Notes under the pieces: generated by a model | The model's database searches: none | What the model was told of the DNA's origin: nothing | What the model saw: the letters and a program-made list of their open reading frames with translations, nothing else | In this document: one piece after another, positions 53,681-64,000 of the stretch | How positions within the stretch are numbered: the stretch's first letter is position 1 | Layout of the letters: the number at the start of each line of letters is the position of its first letter | Program-made: the position numbers and the translations under genes | From: Chrysomallon squamiferum | Lineage: Eukaryota; Animalia; Mollusca | DNA: 64,000 bases | Assembly: GCA_012295275.1 (NCBI GenBank) | Contig: CM022665.1 | Span: forward strand, 44,392,001-44,456,000 | Direction of reading: 5' to 3'

Positions 53681-56600
53681 TTTCATATTTCTTTTTTAAT
53701 TTTTTAATTTATTATATTGTATACTGATTTATTTAAATTGAGTGCAGAATATATTACAATTTATTACCTTTGGAAAGACAGTTGATAAAATTACATTACA
53801 ATAGAATAATTATATAATTCATCATTCTGGATATTCTAAAATGAAAAAAATAATAAATATTATAACCTTATATATGTTAATCTCTCATTTCAGTGTAATT
53901 TTTGCTTAGTATAAAAATAAATTGCAGTTTAAATGGACATAATAAATTAATCTTTTAAGAAATTTAGAAAAAAAGAAAAGAAATTATGCAGCATTTTTAT
54001 CTGTGTAAATGTGTCTGATTTTAAAACCTGGCTTTACAATTTAGAAAAATGAGGTTTTTTACAACAGAATTTTAATTCCTTGTTAACTTACTAATAATGA
54101 CAAAAATGAATTACTGTAATTGAAATCATAATGTAGCTAAATGTATTTGTTTATTACTGTGAACTTGTTTTTATTTTTTAGATGTTTAACAAAAAAAATT
54201 TAATATTAATTTTATTACCCTGATCACACTCACAGTTTTTGCATCTAAACATTTGTGAAATGTATTCATTTGTTACATGAATAAAATAAGATAAATGTTT
54301 TATTCAGTTTTTATTTGTTGCTTTTGTTTTTATCTTGTTAATGTAGTTACAAAGTTTTATTATTATTATTATTATTATTAATTATTATTATTATGATTAT
54401 TATGATTATTATGATTATTATTATTATTATTATTATTATTAAGAAATGATGAGACATTTGTACAGTGACAAAAATCATTAGTTATCAGATAGAAAATCTG
54501 AAAGTGCAATTAGGCAATATGTATTTGACATTGACTTTAAAAATTTGTCGTGCTATATCAAGTCTCTGGAAGAACAATTTGTTAAATATTTTTGTTCAGT
54601 GGATTAAAGACTGCTCCTGAAAAACTAAAATATTTAATTACAAATTGTGAGACGGTGGTTACAAATTATCATCTTATTAATTTTTTTCAGACTTTATCCT
54701 TAATTTAAATAAAGTATAATTACAAAATCAAGAGAGCATAAATGTACTTTTGTCTAATTTTTTTTTTTTTTATTTATACCTTTTTAATAGACATTTTTTA
54801 CCTGCTAGGCATCGGATGAGGGTGCTTATCTGTCACAGATATATGTAAAGTAAATACAACTTTATTACAAGGCTTCGTTGCCTGTGTGGGATCACAGCTT
54901 GTGGGTTGACATACTTTTGTAGTCAGCTTTGTCGTCATTTACATATTTGTCCACAAAAGGATTGGAGTGTTTGCTCGGATGAACCAGTTCCGTGAGTGCA
55001 TTGCGCCAAGGTATCGTCTTAATATCGCCCTCATTTATTAAGCCTAACGGTTCATGGTTACGTTCGACGTGATTGTAGCGACTAGAAAGACTGAGTGTAC
55101 ATTGTAATTACGACTACAGTATGTAAAACGGACAGCGATAACGATGTTTTGGTCGACTTCGTTATTTGCGACGATCTGTGTTCTAGACAGTTCTGCGTGG
55201 TTTTGGGGAAAAATCGTTGATCAAAAAGTGAACGGTCGTATTAACTTTACTGAGATTTGATGGAATTGTTTGATCCAGTTTTTTATTTTACGTACAAACA
55301 TAAAAAAAAAAAAAAAAAAAAATTAAATCTTTGAACTAAATGGTTATCTGCACAACAGATAATAACAAAAGAAAAATCAATTGTTTTTAATCATCTGTAT
55401 TATCAGAACAAAAGACTGTCTGTTTTGTATTAAATTTCCAGCATTGCTTTTAGATGTATAATAAGCATTTTTTTCGTAAATAATTGAAATCTGTTTCCAT
55501 AAAAAAAAGAGAGAGAAGAAGAAGAAAAAATTAAACTGGATTTAAGAAAGAAAAATATTGTTGTATTTGCCATTATGCATCAAAAATCTTCAGTGTCTAT
55601 GATTTAAACGTTTTGTAGTTTTATCTTAAACTTTCAGTTAACTTCGTTTGAATAAAACAAATTTGTTTAAAACGGGTACGGGAAACAGTCAGTGCTTTTC
55701 ACTTAAACAGTTATATATTTCGACCGTTTTAACAATAAATTTAATCCAGAAGGCTTTAAAAAAAATATTAACAGTATTCAACGTTCTGTGAGTGTACTTC
55801 GCCAAGGTTTATCTGTTTCACCCTTATTCCCTGGCTTCAAACTGATGCTAGTTAATAACTGTACACAATTCGTTAAAAAAAAAAAAGAAAAAATGTATGT
55901 GTAAAACACCTAAAATAAACATGTTCACATGGGAGCTTAAATCCAGTAGTTTGATTTATCGAGAGAAAAGATTACTTACATGTTTCACTTTGTTTTTTAA
56001 ATTTTAATTAAAAATAAATAAATAAAAACGACTATATGTATAAGTCACAGACACATAAACACACACATTTATCTTGATCGTTCTGAATAATGAATATAAT
56101 AATTTTCACTCGAGTGAATAATTATGTAATAAAAGACCTTTTGACAAAAAGCAGTAAAATAACGTTTTTTATTTCTGAACCGCCATATTCTGAAAATGTG
56201 TAAAACTTGTTTTCATTGCTGCTCCCATCAAACGAGACTTCGACCTTCACATTAACCCGTGCAGATAATGTTAATTATTACAAAGAGCAGATTAAAAGCG
56301 AGACCGCGTCACCTTTCTTCGTATCTGCATTTACAGATAAGTTTAATTATGAAAACGAACGACTTCATAGGAAGTCCAAATCACTTTTCATTCTGATAAA
56401 ACGTGAAGGATAAAGGTCTCGGTGTTGTGATTGTAAAGTCCGAAAACGAACAATTACCGGCTTAGCCTGAAGATATTTTTAACGTTGTAGCCTGAAGATT
56501 TCGTTTTAAAGTATGACGTGGATTACTCGGAAATTAAACATATTTTGTTTATCTTTGTCCAGAAAAACGCAACAGCGAACTTCCCTCAAGCTCACGTGTT

Positions 56601-56811
56601 ATTTTACATTCGCTAATCACACTAATTATTTCTGCCTGAACACACACACACACACACACACACTTTTTTTTGTATTGTTTTGATCTTTAAGAAGAAGCAA
56701 GTAAAAAAAAAAAGAAGCATTTAAAACGACCCGTTAATTAATTCTGCACAATAAAAATCCGCAGGTTGCATCAGCAGGTATGATTTAGTAATTTTGAAAG
56801 ACACATAAAAG

Positions 56812-56845
<34 letters not shown>

Positions 56846-57960
56846 CTCACAATATTTTTTAACATGTCAACCCGGTTATCTGATGCTAAACCCTGTTGTG
56901 CTTATTGTCCGAGTCTGCAAAAAATGAAAGAAAGGCAGAATGCCCCAGGCTATCATATCTACGCGGATTCTTCATGCTCACTGAAGCAAGACCAACTTGC
57001 TTGACTTCGCCGTTCCGCTCCGGTGCGCACAACCACAGGGACGTTTACCTTTCAGATGCTCACCTGTTACAGAGAGAGAGTGAAATAAATGTTTGGTGAT
57101 TGTTCTGCGTCACTGACTGCATCGATCCAATAAAATATCCAAATGTTGACTGATTGACATGTTTCAGAGTATCTCAACAATGTGTGGTAGATTTAATGAA
57201 AAGGGAGAAAAAACAAAACCAAAACAACAACAAGTGTTAATGTAAAGAATATAGATTTATTGGCAAATCAGAATCTTTCTGCGCGGTGAAGTCGGTATTA
57301 ACAAGCAAACAATCTAGATGTTAGTGTAAATTTATTGTCAGGCACCTTTGGTAGCAACAATGGTGACGGTAAAAGGGAATACAATAACAAAAACAACAAC
57401 GGCATTAAGATGATTGTGATATGTTAATTAGGGATATTCAGGGATACACAGCACTAAAAGTAATATGATTTATTAAAAATCTTTTATTTTTTAAACTTTG
57501 TTATATGCGTTATTTGATAAAAAAATAAAAAAAATAAATAAATAAATAAAGTGTTACTGTTTTCATATATAAAAATACAATTCAGAACTGACACAGATAA
57601 GTAAAATTCCGAAATCGTTATTATGTGTGATTATATTGGTAAATTATTTAGATTTTTACTTGAAAGATGAAGTTAAAGTTTATTCGAATTGGTGTCAGAT
57701 TTTCTTTTCATTCGTTTTTATACATGTAACAACTGTCCATTTTGTACTTTTGGCAAAAAAAAAAAAAAAAAAAAAAAACGGGTGCAAAGAAAACCTTCTG
57801 GAATCCTGTTGCAGTCTTCTCTGGAATTCTACATACGAAACAAACTCAAATTCAGTTTTTCTAAATAAAAGCCCTGGATTAACTAAACGTATATACAAAA
57901 AAATTAATAATGCTGATTTCTGTATGTAAACGAATAATGAAATAATTTGTAAGGAATGTA

Positions 57961-58031
<71 letters not shown>

Positions 58032-58925
58032 AATGTCATTTCTTTGATAACGTACAATGAAGCCATTTATAACTGTCTTGTCTTTCGCTCATCTAGCTGA
58101 TTGATGTCATGTCCTAGTCCATTTAGAAAAGCTACACGCTTCATAAATCACAAAGGTAAATTCACCACCTTAAGCTTCAGTGTCACAATATTGTCCGCGC
58201 ATGTACGTGTGTTACCTAACACAGTGATTTAGCAACACGTCTGTAAACATGTCAATATGCACGACATGCCAGCTCGCCAAGACCTTCATGTCCATGTCGA
58301 GGCTGATTACGTAAACGGAATAATTACGTCACATACACGCCGTTGTTCGTTCGTTCGTTGTCCCTTCGTACTCCATCATCGTCTCAATGATTTAAAATAA
58401 CCATAAGTTAATAGTTTTGATAAAATTTTTTTTTTTTTTTAATAATTTTTTTTTTAGCGGATTAATGCAGAAATAGTTTTAATAATTCGTAATTAATTAG
58501 TGAAATAGTTTTAGTAACTTTTAATTCGTTAAACCTTCTGAAGACGATGAACACAGAGATAGAGAGAGAGAGACAGACAGAGAGAGAGATTATAAAGAAG
58601 CACATGGGAAAATTAAAAAAAATTATGATGTGTATGGCAATGGTAATGAAAATAAAAACAAAAATAAAATTTTTAAAAAGAGCGAAATAATTTGAATACT
58701 TTCTATTTAATTAATCATAAATTAATTTGAAACGAATCAATATTAAATTAACTTTTACAAATTATTATTAATCTTGAATTATTTTTCACAGTTTGCAATT
58801 AATTTATCTTCAACCGAAGTTAAAGGGATGGGAAGATTAATTATTTAAGGAGACGAAAATAAATATAATTTTTTTTTCTTACAACGAACGAGGAAATGGT
58901 ATGTAAGAAATTTATGGCTCATTTT

Positions 58926-58927
<2 letters not shown>

Positions 58928-58993
<66 letters not shown>

Positions 58994-59222
58994 TGTATAG
59001 TGTAAGGAAATGATCATTTTATTTCAAAGTATACTAGATTCACTGTGGTAAAATCCATAACTCTTGTGAAACTGACACTGTTACTTTATTTTACATACCA
59101 AAAATGTTTCAAAAATTTATGTAAAATATTTCTTACCTTTCTTAACATAAAAACACAACAAGAACAAGGATATTAAGTGATATCATCACGATGATTGATG
59201 TAAGTTTCAAGACGATTTAATT
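58928..59222 (+). mobile_element. Interspersed repeat copy B, preceded by (AG)n and followed by a second (AG)n at 59304-59407
   Basis: Inverted homolog of 38345-38630. Confidence 0.8.
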
Positions 59223-59302
59223 TATTTTAAAAACGACAAAAATAATATGGTTTTGTTACCACGTGTATGTTATACCAACACTGAAACGCTCATCGAAATA
59301 AA

Positions 59303-59410
<108 letters not shown>

Positions 59411-61093
59411 AAAGAATTACGAGGAAGAGCAAAGATTCTTAGATGAAATATAATTAATGTTGATGACGATTAAATGAGAAACTGAGATGACAAATCAAGA
59501 AGAAGACGATGAAGAATCTTAGTGATAAATCAATACGTCTCGGACAAAAGCAAAAAAACAAAAAAAGTATGAAACACGGCAACCTCAACCCACGCACTAT
59601 CACTGCTACTCAGTAAAAGTTGTCAGGTATATATTACCAGAACAAAAGAAAGATAAAATCAGAAAAAAAAACCCACCGAAACACCCCAACATAACCTGTC
59701 CTTTTTTTACCTCAAGTTCCATCTCCTTCACGAATCTAGCTTAACCCACAAAGCGATTTTGTTTTGTACAATTTTTTTTTTTTTTTTTTCACACGCTACA
59801 ACAACGATCATGAATCAGATATGAACTCTGAGAAGACTCTCTATACCAAAAAAAGAAAATGATGTTTTTTAAAAATACAGTCGGATACCAGTCGATTCAG
59901 CGGACAGTTTCTGTTTCCCCTCCCCCTCCTGCAGACAACACTCCTCTTCTCCACCAAAACGTCTTATAATTTAGATTTTTTCTTTGAGGTCGTCCCAGAA
60001 CAGAGCTTTTAGAGCCTGGGGTTAGAGACACTGGGAATTCAGAATTTCTGTGGCATTCTATTAAAAGGACTAATGACGCAAATTTTAATAAAAACTTTTT
60101 TGATTGTTGTGAAATAACATTTAACACAGCATAAAATCTTTTTATTAATTTCACATTTTACAGAGAGCTTATAAACCATGTATGTATGAATTAATGTATG
60201 TATGTATGTATGTATGTATTTATGTATCTATGTATGTATGAATAAATGAACGTGTGTATGTATGTATGTATGTGTGTATGTATGTATATATGAATGAATG
60301 AATGAATGTATGTTTGTATGTATGTATGTATATATGTATGTATGTATGTATGTAGTCTGTGATTATAGACAATAATTAAGGGAAATTAAAGGTTAAACTA
60401 ACTGATAAATTACTGTATTAAGATACGAAGAACTAATATGGAAAAGGAAGCTACAGTTCTTTCAAATCGGCGTAAACAGAGATAAAACCTCAGTATAAAA
60501 CCTTCTTAAATAAAATATAATTTAATAAAAGATAAAAAAATATATATATATATTTTACGTGTTCGATCTTCTTATATCCTGGATTTACGTTATTCCTTCT
60601 TTTTATCTTTTGTTTGTTTGTTTGTTTGGTTGGGTTTTTCTTATGGTTGCTTTCTGTTACTGCTGAATTACAATCTACGGTCCCACGTGACCTCTGAACT
60701 GGTGATTCATAACACGTCACACTCGAAGTAGTTCTTTCATACGACTCATGCAACAATCGCTTCATTCTTACACCCAGTTCTTTTTAACTCTTTACTGACA
60801 ATGCTATCGCTCAGGGAATACTTAACATATTGTATTTCAAATGATAATATATATATATATTTTTAAAAGAATTCCAGTATGCTAATATTTTGCATTGGTC
60901 CTTCCTGGTTTCAAAATGCGAGACATGATATCGTTGGGTTTTTTTTAATATATTTTTTAATTTTTTTTTTTTTTGTGAAATATTTATGTATGTATGCATT
61001 CAAGGGGGAGTGCCTTGAGTCCTTACCCATTATGTCCGGATTTTGTGGTATTGCTTTATGTTGTTGTTTCTCTCTTTCTTTCTTTCTTTCTTT

Positions 61094-61096
<3 letters not shown>

Positions 61097-61180
<84 letters not shown>

Positions 61181-61183
61181 TAG

Positions 61184-61252
<69 letters not shown>
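61097..61252. repeat. (GA)n microsatellite
   Basis: Read directly. Confidence 0.95.
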
Positions 61253-61256
<4 letters not shown>

Positions 61257-61452
61257 ATGTCTTTAAACTTCTTTTATTTTGAATCTGACAGCTACAACAA
61301 AGATGATGTCATCTGCTCCTCTCCTGTTGTTGTTGTTTTTTGATAGAAATGCTGGACCCGCCCAGTGTCACAGTTCAGAACTAATCAGATGACGTAATCG
61401 TTCATAATCTACCGGGTTTGATAAATATAACACAACATACTATTTTGTTTCT

Positions 61453-61491
<39 letters not shown>

Positions 61492-62139
61492 TTGGCAGCG
61501 TTCTTTTGGAATTTATTGAATAAATGAATAACTGTACAGCTTTGAAGCTTTAAATAATAAATCAGAAACATATCAGGAAGTTAAGCTAAAAATAAATGAA
61601 GAAATGAAATAATAGTAATAATAATAATAATAATAATAAAGTCGACATGTCAATAATGATTAATTATTTTTTAATTTAATTTTATTGTGATTTTCGTTTT
61701 ATTTAATTAATTAGTCTATTTGTTATTGTTGTTGTTGTTGTTGTTTTTATTAGTAGTAGTAGTACTAGTAGTAGCAGCAGCAGCAACAACAACAATAGGA
61801 ATATTAAATATACTCTTCCTCTCCTACTACAACTGCTCTTACTACTACTACTACTACTACTACAATCACAACCACCAGCACCACTACTACAACAACTACT
61901 ACTACCATCACCATCATTACTACCACAGCTATTGCTACTGCTACTACTTATAAAGATACATTAATACAGAAACTATTTTTAATAATCTTCAATGATAATC
62001 TGGTTTTATTACTTGTTATCACGGAAGCAATTTATACATTACGCATTAGCGAGCTCATCTGAAGAACAATCCTCAGCTGTACATTATATCCCATTCCAAA
62101 CAGAAACACTCCATGACAAATTAGACAGTTCGGACGTGT

Positions 62140-62185
62140 ATATACATACATAGACATACACATAGACATATACATACACATATAC

Positions 62186-62228
<43 letters not shown>

Positions 62229-62464
62229 TACATATACATAGACATACACATATATATACACAAACACATATACATATACATACATATCTATATATATCTA
62301 GCTATATATATATATACACATATATACAAACATTTATATACATACAGAAACACACATATAAACATATATATATATATGTGTATGTATCTATATATATACA
62401 CACAAACATTTACATATATATATACAAACACATATATCTATATATATATACATGATATCTATTT

Positions 62465-62498
<34 letters not shown>

Positions 62499-62650
62499 TA
62501 TATATATACAAACACATATATCTATATATATATACATGCATCTATGTTTATATATATATATTCACACACACACATATATATACATACATCTATCTATCTA
62601 TATATATATACACACACACACACACACATATATTTATATATATATATATA
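62140..62650. repeat. Compound (TA/CA/TACACA)n low-complexity tract
   Basis: Read directly. Neighbouring trinucleotide tracts at 61720-61950 and 63420-63595. Confidence 0.9.
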
Positions 62651-64000
62651 AAATAGATACTTTACAACCGTGGGTAAAAACTGCCTGTAGAATTCTAGCA
62701 GCAGGCAGCCTCTTTCACAGTTACTCACTTTTACATAAGAACTACGCAACTGAAATATAAATACCGTTTACACTAAAACGCGTTGAGTTGTTGTTAAACA
62801 TCTTTTCATTTCGTATCGGTGCAGCAAACAGATGCATTGTGTATTTTGACTTGCAAGCAAGCTTCAGAAAATTACTTTTTCAAGATAATTTACACGATTT
62901 TTCTTGCTGTTTATGATCTACGGCTTGTTAGAACAGGTTTTTCTGAGTATTTTGCTTCCATTTGTCGTCATAATGTTTGTTATATATTTTTTACTTTTTT
63001 ATTTATTTATTTATTTTTTATTTTTGTTTTTGTTTTTATTTTTTTAACTTTTTTATTTTTATTTTTAATTTTTTATTTTTTATTTAAAATTTCTTTTTTT
63101 AATTTTTTTTTATTTTTATTTATTTATTTATTTATTTATTTATTTTTTTTTTTTTTTTTTAGTGTAGCTATTTCAACTGCGTGGGCTGGTGTCATGGACA
63201 AACACAAGTACTTACACCTTGAATATTGACTGATTTATTTATTTGTTTGTTTTGCCCTGCGTTATCAAGTGCAGAAATTTACTTCGCATGTTTTCGTCAT
63301 AAAAAAAAAAAAAAAAAAAAAATGGCATAGTTTAATTACGTTTTACACATAAAACAGCACATAAAGAATGAATGCATATTTACGTCACCCACGGTGTTGT
63401 TAGCATGGTGATGTATATTATTACTGTCGTTGCTGCTGTTGTTGTTATTACTGTGGTAGCTGCTGCTGTTGCTGTTGTTGTTGTTGCAGTTGTTCTTATC
63501 GTTTCTGCTTTTGCTGCTGTTGTTGCTGTTTCTGTTGCTGTTGCTGTTCTTCTTGTTGTTGTTCCTGTTGTTGTTTTTGCTGTTGCCGGTGGTGTTATAT
63601 ATATATATATTATTTTAAATAGTCTAAATTCCAGGTTAGATAATAGCAAGTATACGCATAAAGTTAAACGTGACTTCAAGTGGCCTCTCAGTTTGTCTCA
63701 GTGATATCCATGTCACCCAGTCTTTACATAGTCAGCCATTTTCTACACAGACATTGATACTGGTTACAGATAAAACCTGACGCACGATGACTGGCGGGAT
63801 CAATCCGTGTCACTGAAACTGTTAGGTCTGGAGTTATCATTACTTAGATTCAGATATTTGCCGTCATACGACTGTTAATAACAAAACGTGTTGAAATATC
63901 GTTAGACAAATTTTCATTTATTCATTCCTGAACACCTACAGCCTCCCATACCTTAGTGATTCTTCGTGTTTCTTTGTATATCTTCGTGTTTCTTCGTGTT

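Noticed and set aside
60879-63704. RE-, YI-, MC- and T/A/V-repeat ORFs
   Set aside because: Di- and trinucleotide microsatellites with no splice or homology support.
63958-64000. TCTTCGTGTT 10-bp repeat at the window edge
   Set aside because: Only ~4 units are visible and it is truncated by the window, so it cannot be characterised.

Overview
AT-rich, microsatellite-rich eukaryotic DNA with spliceosomal introns. It is an invertebrate, plausibly a mollusc, but that is an inference. I reconstructed four multi-exon genes by hand, arranged as two head-to-head pairs. Pair 1 is a CEP85/CEP85L-family centrosomal coiled-coil gene (minus strand, CDS 13763->3328, 13 coding exons, ~747 aa) and an NADP-type malic enzyme with a probable mitochondrial presequence (plus strand, 15127->26681). 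Pair 2 is mitochondrial MnSOD/SOD2 (minus strand, 39079->35915, 227 aa) and WTAP/fl(2)d (plus strand, 40764->50892, 606 aa). No recognisable gene lies in 54.3-64 kb. Main oddities: (1) a U12-type AT-AC intron and a GC-AG intron in the CEP85-like gene; (2) tandem duplications whose ends repeatedly fall on or across splice sites, creating decoy acceptors and donors, an in-frame 45-aa alternative exon extension and candidate 33-nt microexons; (3) a frameshift in malic enzyme exon 2 and a scrambled, partly duplicated exon 11; (4) a GACT/DRACH cluster just after the WTAP donor that yields the short isoform in mammals; (5) SOD2-WTAP divergent linkage as in human 6q25; (6) a 39-bp minisatellite where strand composition flips between two convergent genes. 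There is no CRISPR array or prokaryotic system, and most short ORFs in the supplied track are microsatellite or antisense artefacts.
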